From IMG/VR virus record IMGVR_UViG_3300023210_000017, positions 1-64,000 of that record: a stretch of 64,000 nucleotides of DNA; one strand, written 5' to 3'. Source of the stretch: a virus. The translations under genes and the position numbers were made by a program. Positions 1 to 8,918 of the stretch are shown piece by piece (position 1 is the stretch's first letter; each line of letters opens with the position of its first letter). Under the pieces are notes generated by a model. That model had not been told where the DNA came from and ran no database searches. It saw nothing but the letters and a program-made list of their open reading frames with translations.

Positions 1-362
1 CTATGTTTCAAAGTACCTCATTTAATCAAGATGTCAGTGATTGGGATGTGAGTAATGTTACTAATATGCGATTTATGTTTGCTACTTCTCCATTTGACCA
101 AGACCTAAGTAACTGGGATATTTCAGGTATGCTTGTTCCTGGAGCTGGAGGTAGTGCTAATAAAATGTTTTATGCGTCATGTTCATTTTCAACTGCAAAC
201 TATGATTTACTATTAGTAGGTTGGAACGCTTATGTAGTACCAGGAACAACTGGTATACAATTTACTGCATGTGATGCAAAATATTCTGCAGGTGCTCCAG
301 CAACAGCAAGAGCGAATATGATTAGTTTTGGGTGGATTATTGGGGACGGTGGTCCGGTATAA
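1..362 (+). CDS. DUF285/BspA-like repeat protein, C-terminal part (5' end outside window)
   Basis: Repeats MFQSTSFNQDVSDWDVSNVTNMRFMFATSPFDQDLSNWDIS match the DUF285 pattern; typical C-terminal cap FSTANYDLLLVGW...ARANMISFGWIIGDGG. Confidence 0.75.
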   Translation, partial: MFQSTSFNQDVSDWDVSNVTNMRFMFATSPFDQDLSNWDISGMLVPGAGGSANKMFYASCSFSTANYDLLLVGWNAYVVPGTTGIQFTACDAKYSAGAPATARANMISFGWIIGDGGPV

Positions 363-388
363 AAAAAAATAATAAAAAATAATAAAAT

Positions 389-919
389 ATGAGAACATCT
401 TTAAATAAAACAACTGAATTTACAAATTTAAGCGCTTCTAAAATAATTGCTTCAGAATCAGTCGGTAAAGATATATTAACTAAAGCTTATACAACTAATG
501 CTGCTGCAAAGGTAGCAGGGTTAAGTAAAGGTGATATATATCATACAGCCGGAGCTTTAAAAGTTGTATTTAAACTTGTAGATCCAGTTTTTTCTGGAGA
601 GATACCTACTGGAAATTTAGGTCAAGCCCAAATACCACCATTACCACCATCACCATGGACTACTGCTGGTACAACTATTGGAACTGGTATAACTACTGGT
701 CAAACTATGACTGGTTTAACGAGTGGTGCTACAGCTGATGTAAATGTACAAATTGTAAGTGGTTTAATTGCAGTAAATGTACAACTTGTAAATTCTCAAA
801 CTTTTGTTGTTGGTGAAACTGTTTCAATACCTCCATATAGTTGTGCAGGATGCCCTGACTCTGAATGGTCAGCACCACTCTTATATGTTCTTAAAATTGA
901 AGATTTTATTAACGTATAG
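389..919 (+). CDS. putative head decoration/fibre protein; N-terminal domain paralogous to 4071..4280
   Basis: KTTEFTNL..SK.IAS..VGKDIL...Y..NAAAK.AGL..GD.YHTAG shared with 4071..4280; beta-rich C-terminal extension; near capsid genes. Confidence 0.5.
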   Translation: MRTSLNKTTEFTNLSASKIIASESVGKDILTKAYTTNAAAKVAGLSKGDIYHTAGALKVVFKLVDPVFSGEIPTGNLGQAQIPPLPPSPWTTAGTTIGTGITTGQTMTGLTSGATADVNVQIVSGLIAVNVQLVNSQTFVVGETVSIPPYSCAGCPDSEWSAPLLYVLKIEDFINV

Positions 920-1026
920 CATGCAAACAATAAACTTAAAATATATATACATAAAATAACGTTAGCTATATAACTGTAAAAAACTTAAACTTTATTTCAA
1001 ATAATATAAGTTTATATAAAAAGAAT

Positions 1027-1045
1027 GACTTATATTATATGTATA
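1027..1045 (+). promoter_or_regulatory. candidate phage promoter (TATATTAT class)
   Basis: GACTTATATTATATGTATA resembles copies at 6163, 7530, 19008, 31535, all just upstream of gene starts. Confidence 0.4.
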
Positions 1046-1075
1046 AGTTCATTACAAACAATTAAACCAACAAAA

Positions 1076-2353
1076 ATGAGTGAAACTAATAGCGTGGATA
1101 CAACAGTAACAAAAGAAGAAATTAATATTGATGAGCTCTTTGGGCCCAGCGGAGACAATGTAACTTTACCAGAAGATACAAAGCCTAACATGATGGATCC
1201 AATTAGACCACCTGTTGATATGACTTTTGACCAACCTATAGATAAAGAAGAGGTATCAGAAGAAGAAGATTCTACTTTACCAGATGCTGAAACTAAGCAT
1301 ACAGATGAAGAGATTAAAACTAAAGGAGAGGATATCATTGCAGGCATAGAAGGAGAAGATGAAGAAGAAGATGATTTAGAAAAACCTGAAACCAGAGGTA
1401 GGAAAACTATATCTGGAATGAATGACCTAATAAGCTCACTTGTAAAAAAAGAAAAACTCTTTGCATTTGATGATGACGGAAAATCATTAGAAGACTATAA
1501 TGCAAAAGACTTTGAAGAATTAATTGAAGCTAATATAGAAGAAGCACGAGCTGAAGTAAGACGTGAAACTCCTAAACAGTTTTTTGATGCTCTTCCTAAT
1601 GAATTAAAAGTTGCAGCAAGATATGTTGCAGACGGTGGTACAGATTTAAAAAGTCTTTTTAAGACATTAGGTCAGGCAGAAGATACATATGATCTTGATT
1701 CAACTACAGAAAGAGGTCAAGAACAAATTATAATGGAATACTTAAGCTCTACGGGCTACGGTACACCAGAAGAAATTAATGAAGAAATTGAAATTTGGAA
1801 AGATCTTGGTAAGCTTGAAAGTCAAGCATCTAAGTTTAAACCAAAATTAGATAAGATGCAAGAAAAAATTGTTGGTCAAAAATTACAAGAACAACAATTA
1901 AAGCAACAACAACAAGCTGATGCATCTAAACAATATATGTCAAATGTATATAATACATTAAAGGATGGTAAGATAGGTGATATAAAAGTTGATAAAAGAA
2001 CTCAATCTATGTTATATAATGGATTAGTTCAACCAGCGTATCCATCAGTTAGTGGTAAAAACACAAATCTACTAGGACACTTATTAGAAAAATATCAATT
2101 TCAAGAACCAAATTACACATTGATCACTGAAGCATTATGGTTACTTTCAGATCCAAATGGATATAAAAGTAAAATAATGGAGAAAGGTGCTCAAGCTAAT
2201 ATTGCAAAAACAGTTAGAAAGTTAAAGACAGAACAATCTAATAAAACCTCAAGTTCTCTAGGTGTGCAAGAAACAGAGAAAGAAGCTAATAGGTCAAAAG
2301 GTAGAACTTCAAAAAAGTTATCCAGACCTAATAGTATTTTTAAAAGGATTTAA
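1076..2353 (+). CDS. acidic protein upstream of MCP, probable capsid scaffold/assembly protein (crAss-like conserved gene)
   Basis: Very acidic N-terminal half, helical C-terminal half, basic tail, directly before MCP; ATG at 1076 (after AAACCAACAAAA) preferred to 1025. Confidence 0.7.
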   Translation: MSETNSVDTTVTKEEINIDELFGPSGDNVTLPEDTKPNMMDPIRPPVDMTFDQPIDKEEVSEEEDSTLPDAETKHTDEEIKTKGEDIIAGIEGEDEEEDDLEKPETRGRKTISGMNDLISSLVKKEKLFAFDDDGKSLEDYNAKDFEELIEANIEEARAEVRRETPKQFFDALPNELKVAARYVADGGTDLKSLFKTLGQAEDTYDLDSTTERGQEQIIMEYLSSTGYGTPEEINEEIEIWKDLGKLESQASKFKPKLDKMQEKIVGQKLQEQQLKQQQQADASKQYMSNVYNTLKDGKIGDIKVDKRTQSMLYNGLVQPAYPSVSGKNTNLLGHLLEKYQFQEPNYTLITEALWLLSDPNGYKSKIMEKGAQANIAKTVRKLKTEQSNKTSSSLGVQETEKEANRSKGRTSKKLSRPNSIFKRI

Positions 2354-2397
2354 TAATCAAATAATATAAATTAATAACAAACAAAAAACAATCAATT

Positions 2398-4017
2398 ATG
2401 GCAACTCCAGTATTAAACAATGGAATTTTCTTGCGGGACACTCAGTACAACGCAAGCTCTCATGTTGATTCTTATCACTTATCTAATATGCTCGGTTCTT
2501 CTGAGCCTATGGATATGGGACCTGTTGATTTATGGGCAATGACACAAAAAGTGGAAATGCCTTTATATCAAATGGCTTCTTTTGGTGGAAAGAATACAAT
2601 CATGGTAGACAACGCTCGTGGTGAGTACAAATGGCAAACACCAATTGCTCAAGATTTACCGTTTATAGTTTCAAACCTTGAAGCAGCAAATGATCTTGGT
2701 GCAGATGGTACTACTTTTAGAATTAAACTTTCTAAAAGGACTTTTGGACATGGTGACATTATTACTTATGATAAGTATAATGGACTTGAAATGTACATTA
2801 CAGCAGAAGATATTATCCCTGCAGGTGATGGATTCATTTACACTGTTCAATTAGTAAACAATAACAATGCAGCTTCTTTAGACGCTTCTTTGTATTTGGT
2901 TCCAGGAACTAAGTATTTTAGAAAAGGTTCTGCTAGAGGTGAATATGGAGAACGTTTCTCTGATATTGAAACAGGTTCTGGTTTCCGTGAATTCTACAAC
3001 TTTGTAGGTGGAGCAGAAGCACACGTACATTATTCAATTTCTTCTAGAGCAGATTTAATGCTTAAAGGTGGAATGAGTGCTGATGGTACAGTACCGGTAA
3101 CTGAGATCTGGAGAAATTTTGATCAAGATCCTAATAATCCATCTGTTTCTTCTATTGAAGAATTAGTAGGGAATATGGGTAAAGCAGGTGCTAGAGATGC
3201 ATTTGAAAATGGAACTCTTTCAAAAACTTTTGTTACAAACATGGAGGCAGCTCACTTGAGCAAGATTGCTAATGATATTGAAACTTACCTTATGTGGGGT
3301 AAAGGTGGTAGAATTAGACAAGATGGTCCAGATGATATTAGATTATCAGTTGGTCTTTGGTCTCAATTAGACAACTCATTTAAAAGAGTATATAACAAAT
3401 CTAGTTTTACACTTGATATGTTTAAATCTGAATTATATAACTTTTACCAAGGTAAAGTTGAATTTAAAGGTCCAGATCCAAAACGTCAACTTATTGTACA
3501 AACAGGTATTGGTGGTATGCAACTAATTAACAAAGCTATTGCTGATGAAGTATATGGTTCTGGATTAGTTCAAAATGCTTCTGATATTGGTGCAGTAACT
3601 GGATCAGGTATGGATTTAGATTATGGTTTTGCTTATACAAGCTTTACTATTCCTTTCCTTGCTAACGTTAAGTTTGTACTTAACCCAGCATTTGACAACT
3701 TACATACAAATGATATTGAGAATCCATTAATTGATGGAAGACCATTAAGCTCATTTAGCTTTATTATATTTGATGTAACTGATGAAGGAAATGACAACAT
3801 TCACTTGTTGAAACTTTCTTGGGATAATCAACTTAAATGGTTCTACCAAAATGGTACAATGGATTATATGGGAAGAACGCAAGGATTTGCTTCTACTGGA
3901 CAATTCAATGGTTACAGAGTTTATATGACTCAATGTATGCCAGCTATTTGGGTGAAAGATCCAACTAAGGTTCTGAAAATTGTAATGAGAAACCCAGTAA
4001 CTGGAGGATCATTCTAA
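2398..4017 (+). CDS. major capsid protein, crAss-like
   Basis: 539 aa; motifs (YLMWGKGG, GLWSQL, VQTGIGG, C-terminal IWVKDPTKVLKI) and position match crAss-like MCPs; followed by a strong terminator. Confidence 0.85.
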   Translation: MATPVLNNGIFLRDTQYNASSHVDSYHLSNMLGSSEPMDMGPVDLWAMTQKVEMPLYQMASFGGKNTIMVDNARGEYKWQTPIAQDLPFIVSNLEAANDLGADGTTFRIKLSKRTFGHGDIITYDKYNGLEMYITAEDIIPAGDGFIYTVQLVNNNNAASLDASLYLVPGTKYFRKGSARGEYGERFSDIETGSGFREFYNFVGGAEAHVHYSISSRADLMLKGGMSADGTVPVTEIWRNFDQDPNNPSVSSIEELVGNMGKAGARDAFENGTLSKTFVTNMEAAHLSKIANDIETYLMWGKGGRIRQDGPDDIRLSVGLWSQLDNSFKRVYNKSSFTLDMFKSELYNFYQGKVEFKGPDPKRQLIVQTGIGGMQLINKAIADEVYGSGLVQNASDIGAVTGSGMDLDYGFAYTSFTIPFLANVKFVLNPAFDNLHTNDIENPLIDGRPLSSFSFIIFDVTDEGNDNIHLLKLSWDNQLKWFYQNGTMDYMGRTQGFASTGQFNGYRVYMTQCMPAIWVKDPTKVLKIVMRNPVTGGSF

Positions 4018-4024
4018 ATTAACT

Positions 4025-4050
4025 GGGGAGGTTCGCCTCCCCTTTTTTTT
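4025..4050 (+). terminator. rho-independent terminator after MCP
   Basis: GGGGAGG-TTCG-CCTCCCC followed by T8. Confidence 0.92.
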
Positions 4051-4070
4051 AACTTTAAAATTTTAAAATT

Positions 4071-4280
4071 ATGTCAACGTTTCCAATAGCAAAGCCTTCA
4101 GGCAAAAAAACAACGGAGTTTACAAATCTAGATGTTTCAAAAATGATTGCATCTACAGGAGTAGGTAAAGATATTTTGATTAGAGATTATCTTGACAATG
4201 CTGCTGCAAAAACAGCAGGATTAATAGATGGTGATTTATACCATACTGCAGGATTTGTAAAAATAGTATATACAGCTTAA
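4071..4280 (+). CDS. small putative head decoration protein, paralog of N-terminus of 389..919
   Basis: 69 aa; direct similarity to 389..919. Confidence 0.6.
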   Translation: MSTFPIAKPSGKKTTEFTNLDVSKMIASTGVGKDILIRDYLDNAAAKTAGLIDGDLYHTAGFVKIVYTA

Positions 4281-4287
4281 TTAGGAA

Positions 4288-4368
4288 TACTCAATTAACT
4301 TTTGTTAGTGTAAAAACTAACATTAGAAATATTAATTAATAGTGTACATAATTATGTACTTTTGAGTA
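4288..4368 (+). ncRNA. candidate structured intergenic RNA or palindromic regulatory element
   Basis: Closing stem TACTCAA/TTGAGTA enclosing TGTTAGT/ACTAACA, TATTAATTAATA and the 16-bp palindrome GTACATAATTATGTAC. Confidence 0.4.
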
Positions 4369-4401
4369 AATAATAATTAATAATTTAAAAACCAATTAAA
4401 A

Positions 4402-5418
4402 ATGAGTGATTACACAATTGTAGAAAAGTATCAACAAGGTAAAAAAGAAACCGTGGCTATACGCCCTTATCTAGATAATGATAGGGAAAATATGGGTCTA
4501 GAAACATACGGTATGTCTTTACATGAAGGTGTGTGGCATCAAGAATCTTTAGCATGTTTAGAAATGAATGGTGTTAAAAGATATGTGACCGGACTAAATG
4601 AGTTTGCTCCAGAAGTTAAAAAATTAGCTCCAGGAGATAGAGAGATTAAAATTAAAGAAATTAGAAAAGCTGTAGCTCAACTTGAAGCTGAACTTGCTGC
4701 AAATATAATTGATCCAGAAGATAAAGATTTTTGGAATCATGTAACTCTCTTAAAGCCTGACAATGATAAATTTTGGTCTAGAATAGAATTAAGATGTGGC
4801 AATGAGCCTGTTTATTTAGATCCTACAAAAGATCCATATGATTTAATTAAATTATATGCTATCAATGCAGGAGGATTTTCAATGATATCTAAATCTTTAA
4901 AGGATGCTAAAAAAGCAGCCAACCCTAAGAAGTTTTATTTAGATCAAGCACAAGAAACTATTTCTACAAGAACAGAATACACCAAACTTAAGAATAAGGC
5001 TCTAGTAAAATTAGAAGGTTTATATACAAAGGATAATGGTAAGCTAATGTATGTAGCTAAAGTAATTGACTCAGATAGCGTTCAATATACAGCTTCAACT
5101 CAATTAGACATTATTTATGAGAATATGGATTCACATATTCAAGGAAAAGGAACGGAGTCTAATAAGAAAAGAGCGGCTGAAGAATTTATTGCAGCAGCTG
5201 GTGATACTATGAAGAATCTTAAAATTAGAGCTCTAGTTAAAGATGCTATGTTTTATAGATTCATACTTATAAAAGCAACAGGTTGGATTGAAACTTTAGA
5301 TAGCGGTATTAGATTAGGTAAAGTACCAAGTGAAGTTGTTACATTCTTATCAAATGCTGAAAATGATGAAGTTTTAAAATCTTTGATGAATAAAGTTGAA
5401 CCTTACTGGAATGCATAA
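4402..5418 (+). CDS. conserved crAss-like protein downstream of MCP (function unknown)
   Basis: 338 aa; position and motifs (RYVTGL, FW..I.L, YLDP..DPYDLIK). Confidence 0.6.
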   Translation: MSDYTIVEKYQQGKKETVAIRPYLDNDRENMGLETYGMSLHEGVWHQESLACLEMNGVKRYVTGLNEFAPEVKKLAPGDREIKIKEIRKAVAQLEAELAANIIDPEDKDFWNHVTLLKPDNDKFWSRIELRCGNEPVYLDPTKDPYDLIKLYAINAGGFSMISKSLKDAKKAANPKKFYLDQAQETISTRTEYTKLKNKALVKLEGLYTKDNGKLMYVAKVIDSDSVQYTASTQLDIIYENMDSHIQGKGTESNKKRAAEEFIAAAGDTMKNLKIRALVKDAMFYRFILIKATGWIETLDSGIRLGKVPSEVVTFLSNAENDEVLKSLMNKVEPYWNA

Positions 5419-5421
5419 ACA

Positions 5422-6126
5422 ATGAATAATTCTACAATTCAAATAAAAATCAAACAAAGGCTTAATAAATTAGACAGCAATGACTATGATAATATTGAAA
5501 CTTGGCAAATAACTGAAGCTTTCAATAAAGCCGCAGTAGAATGGTCCAGAAGACAGCTTCATGGTGGAAACATTTATAAAGAAGGTGATGAATATTCTAA
5601 AAGACGTATTGATGATATGCAAGTATTATTAGAAGAACTTCCATTAACAGGAGTTCAGTCAACAGAATATTTTGAAACAACTAATTTTCCTATTGATAAT
5701 TATCTAGAATTTAAAAGAGTTGCTGCATATTTCAAAGATGAATGTTGTCCAAAAAGACAAGCTAAAGTTTATTTATCTGAAGAAGCAAATGTTGAACTAA
5801 CTTTAAGAGACCCTCTTAAAAGACCTGACTTTGAATGGGCTGAAACATTCTGTACTATATTAGGAAATAAAATCAGGATTTATAATACTGATGAATTTAA
5901 TATTGTAGATCCTATTTTAACGTATTATAGAAGACCTACTTATATTCAGGTTACAGGCACATTAGATTCTTATACAGGTTTAATTTCTACAGTTGATGTA
6001 GAGTCTGAATTTAAAGATGATATTGTAGAATTAATATTAGATGAAGCAGCTTCAATTATATCTGGAGATATAGATAACTATACTCAAATGCAAACAGCTC
6101 AACAAGCAGCAGAAAGATCTAATTAA
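5422..6126 (+). CDS. putative tail ring/head-tail connector protein
   Basis: 234 aa; LNKLDSN, YYRRP and EF..DIVELILDEAA motifs of crAss-like ring proteins; position. Confidence 0.6.
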   Translation: MNNSTIQIKIKQRLNKLDSNDYDNIETWQITEAFNKAAVEWSRRQLHGGNIYKEGDEYSKRRIDDMQVLLEELPLTGVQSTEYFETTNFPIDNYLEFKRVAAYFKDECCPKRQAKVYLSEEANVELTLRDPLKRPDFEWAETFCTILGNKIRIYNTDEFNIVDPILTYYRRPTYIQVTGTLDSYTGLISTVDVESEFKDDIVELILDEAASIISGDIDNYTQMQTAQQAAERSN

Positions 6127-6162
6127 AAAAAACAGAAATACTTTTGGATAATAATAATATTA

Positions 6163-6180
6163 TTATTATATTATATATGT
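6163..6180 (+). promoter_or_regulatory. candidate phage promoter (TATATTAT class)
   Basis: TTATTATATTATATATGT, followed by small hairpin TGTGC/GCACA (6178-6193). Confidence 0.35.
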
Positions 6181-6224
6181 GCAATGAAGCACAAACTTTT
6201 ATTTATAACTAAAAATTAAAAAAA

Positions 6225-7454
6225 ATGGCTTATTTTAATCATTCATTTTGTAAAAGCTGGTTAGCGGTAGGTGCTGCTCCAGCTGACACTACAGCTACTT
6301 CTGCTTTTACAGCAGGACAGATGGCTCTTGTAGATGGAACAACCTATTTAGTAGATACTCCAGCAGATATTTCAGCTGCGGGACATCATGCTTTATTAGT
6401 AGGTGGTAACTTTCACCCAGCTGATTCAATTGGTAACAATCCAGGACATGGAGGATATCAAGAATCAATTAAATCTAAAGGTATTAACTTTAGATATGTA
6501 TCAAGACTTGGTGTTGCAGCTCCTGTAGCTCCAGCTCAAGCAACTGCAGAAATTTGCGTAGGTTCTACTTGCGCTCCTTGTGGATCAAATATGTTTGTAC
6601 GTATTGATGTTAAAGGTTCTCCTGCATTACGTTTCTTAAATCACAATGCTTATGCAATTGGTGATAGTTCAGGAGATGCTGCTGCTAATGGTGGGCCACT
6701 TCCAGGACTTTGTTGTGCAACAGGTCAAGAATATTTAGATCCAGCAATGGCTTTAGCTGCTTCAATGCAAATGCTATTAGCAGATCCATTAATCATGCCT
6801 TTTGTTGCTGAATCACCTACTGCTGGTATAGTAGTTACAGTGGCAGCAACGCCTACTACTTACACTATTGCAGAAATTTTAGATGGTACTTATACACCTT
6901 CTACTGATCCAGTAGGTGATGAAGTTAGTGCTTGTGCAACTGTTATAGGAGCATACGTTGATACTAAATTTGGAGATTGTTCTTTTGATACTAGAGATCA
7001 CTACAACAAAGAACCTGTTCAAATTATTGCATCTATTTTAGATGAAACAGGTAATCCTTGTAATGACTGTGGTGTTTTAACTACTACTCCAGGACAAATG
7101 CCTCAAACTTCAGGTGAAACAGTTCTTAGACAATTGTTATTAACTGAAAGATACATGCAAAATCCTTTTAATCAAGGAAATAAAGATTCTTCAAGAATTC
7201 AAGAAATTGAAGGATTTGATCCAATTAAAGGAGCTGTTGATAGAAGCATTAACTACCAGGTATATTACTTGCAACATAGTGTTCCTAGATTTAACAATCC
7301 AAGTGGAGTATTTGATAATGATCAATACTTATATGAGATTTTTGTTGATCCAGCGGATGCAGCAGGTATTGCAAATATGGATGCATTATGGGCAGCAATT
7401 TCAGCTCAAGCTGTAGCTCTTGGTAATGTTGTTCTTGTAGAAACAGGACTATAA
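6225..7454 (+). CDS. abundant virion structural protein, likely auxiliary capsid protein
   Basis: 409 aa, Ala/Gly/Thr-rich beta protein with own candidate promoter and terminator; position matches crAss-like auxiliary capsid gene. Confidence 0.55.
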   Translation: MAYFNHSFCKSWLAVGAAPADTTATSAFTAGQMALVDGTTYLVDTPADISAAGHHALLVGGNFHPADSIGNNPGHGGYQESIKSKGINFRYVSRLGVAAPVAPAQATAEICVGSTCAPCGSNMFVRIDVKGSPALRFLNHNAYAIGDSSGDAAANGGPLPGLCCATGQEYLDPAMALAASMQMLLADPLIMPFVAESPTAGIVVTVAATPTTYTIAEILDGTYTPSTDPVGDEVSACATVIGAYVDTKFGDCSFDTRDHYNKEPVQIIASILDETGNPCNDCGVLTTTPGQMPQTSGETVLRQLLLTERYMQNPFNQGNKDSSRIQEIEGFDPIKGAVDRSINYQVYYLQHSVPRFNNPSGVFDNDQYLYEIFVDPADAAGIANMDALWAAISAQAVALGNVVLVETGL

Positions 7455-7482
7455 AATAAAGTCTAATTATACTTAAATTAAA

Positions 7483-7517
7483 AAAGGTGAGATATTATGT
7501 CTCACCTTTCTTTTTTT
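7483..7517 (+). terminator. rho-independent terminator
   Basis: AAAGGTGAGA...TCTCACCTTT followed by T tract. Confidence 0.85.
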
Positions 7518-7529
7518 CTACTCTTTTTT

Positions 7530-7548
7530 TTTGTATATTATTAGTATA
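7530..7548 (+). promoter_or_regulatory. candidate phage promoter (TTTGTATATTAT)
   Basis: 18/19 identical to 31535..31553; directly after a terminator and 14 nt before ATG. Confidence 0.55.
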
Positions 7549-7562
7549 TAAATCTATTTACT

Positions 7563-8114
7563 ATGGCTGGAAAGCATGTTTTAAGTTTAGAAGTTGCTAC
7601 TGCTTCATGTGAAATCTTATCTGTAAGGGACACCAGTCAGTATTCTTCATCACTTCCTATAGATTGTCCAGAATTATTAATTACAGTTCCTGGATTTAAT
7701 GCGCCTGCTTTAATTGACGTGGAACCAAATTTTAATTTAAATTTAACTGCTTGTGCATTAGGTGTACAATTAACAGGCTGCAATGTTGCAAATACAGAAC
7801 TTCCTGATGGTATATATATTATAAGATATAGTGTAGCTCCAAATACTAAAGTATTTGTGGAGTATAATCATTTAAGAACAACAGCTATTTTAAATTCATA
7901 TTATGAAGTAATATGCGGATTAAACTTAGCTGATTGCGAACCTTCTTCAGAAAAACAAAAATTAATTAATGAAGTAAATTATATAAGACTTTTAATTGAT
8001 GCTGCTGTAGCAGAAGTAGAATATTGCATTTCACCAAATAAAGGAATGGAAATGTATAACTATGCATCAAAACGCTTAAAGAAAATATTATGTTTAACTA
8101 GCGGTAATTGCTAA
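7563..8114 (+). CDS. putative virion structural protein
   Basis: 183 aa; LPDGIY.IRYSVAP motif seen in crAss-like structural proteins. Confidence 0.5.
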   Translation: MAGKHVLSLEVATASCEILSVRDTSQYSSSLPIDCPELLITVPGFNAPALIDVEPNFNLNLTACALGVQLTGCNVANTELPDGIYIIRYSVAPNTKVFVEYNHLRTTAILNSYYEVICGLNLADCEPSSEKQKLINEVNYIRLLIDAAVAEVEYCISPNKGMEMYNYASKRLKKILCLTSGNC

Positions 8115-8126
8115 AAAAAAAAGAAA

Positions 8127-8474
8127 ATGGCAGTAGTAGATATGTATGGGAATAAAGGACCTGGAGGACCTGGTAAAGGGAAGAAAAAGGCAATGAAGAA
8201 GACAAAGTATAGTAAAAATGCTAAGTCTTGTAGTGGCAATTTTAAAAGTAAAGGTAAGTCAAGTTGTGGACCAAAAAAAGATGGTGTAATCAAAAAAGTG
8301 GTAAGTAAAATAAAAGCTGGACCAAAAAAGAAAAGACCAACAACAACAACAACAACAACGTCAAAAACAGCTAAAGGAAGAATAGGAACGCCTGTTAAAA
8401 GAAAAAAGAAAGAAGAAATTGTAGTATCTACACCAAGTTTTAGTTCTAAATCAAAAAACCCAAGGTTCTTATAA
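8127..8474 (+). CDS. small very Lys-rich basic protein
   Basis: 115 aa, low complexity K/G/S/T; A-rich start context; fits the operon. Confidence 0.55.
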   Translation: MAVVDMYGNKGPGGPGKGKKKAMKKTKYSKNAKSCSGNFKSKGKSSCGPKKDGVIKKVVSKIKAGPKKKRPTTTTTTTSKTAKGRIGTPVKRKKKEEIVVSTPSFSSKSKNPRFL

Positions 8475-8485
8475 AAACTAATAAT

Positions 8486-8659
8486 ATGAATTGTGCTCAT
8501 TGTAATAAAGGATTTACATGCGGATGTCAGAAGACAAAAGCTGCAGATAATAAAACTGTTCATAAAACATGTTTAACAGTTTATAATACCAAAGCAAATG
8601 TTAAATCAGATCCTTTGACAGAAAAATTAAATATGGCAAGGTTAAATCTTAGTAAGTAG
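8486..8659 (+). CDS. 57-aa Cys/His (Zn-finger-like) protein, absent from the ORF track
   Basis: Hand translation MNCAHCNKGFTCGCQKTKAADNKTVHKTCLTVYNTKANVKSDPLTEKLNMARLNLSK*; fills the gap; TAG overlaps the next GTG. Confidence 0.7.
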   Translation: MNCAHCNKGFTCGCQKTKAADNKTVHKTCLTVYNTKANVKSDPLTEKLNMARLNLSK

Positions 8660-8907
8660 TGGATAATGCGGCTAAAATAAAATTAGAGACAGAATTTGCT
8701 AATGCAGCATATCAAGACTTTAAATCCAAAAGATTTGGTCTTACAGCTTGTTGTTATTATGATCTTCAGGCTATATATATTAAAAAGCAGTGTTGTAATT
8801 GGGAAGAAAAGAAAGCTTCATGTGTGTCAGAAGTAAAGGTGGAAATTGAAACAGAACTTAGTGTTTTAATTTCAACAGAATTAAATGATGTATTAATAGT
8901 TGAATAA
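8659..8907 (+). CDS. small Cys-containing hypothetical protein
   Basis: 82 aa; GTG start coupled to upstream stop; KRFGLTACC motif. Confidence 0.6.
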   Translation: MDNAAKIKLETEFANAAYQDFKSKRFGLTACCYYDLQAIYIKKQCCNWEEKKASCVSEVKVEIETELSVLISTELNDVLIVE

Positions 8908-8918
8908 AATTATAAAAA

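Noticed and set aside
1025-1075. ORF-track starts at 1025, 17180 and 35315
   Set aside because: Downstream ATGs at 1076, 17249 and 35339 have better A-rich contexts and avoid overlap with promoter motifs or upstream genes
1-2397. Terminase, portal, integrase or att site
   Set aside because: No such motifs in the window; terminase and portal probably lie upstream, and nothing indicates a prophage boundary
4281-4401. tRNA gene in the multi-stem intergenic region
   Set aside because: No T-loop GTTC or D-loop GG consensus and too AT-rich; kept only as a generic structured element
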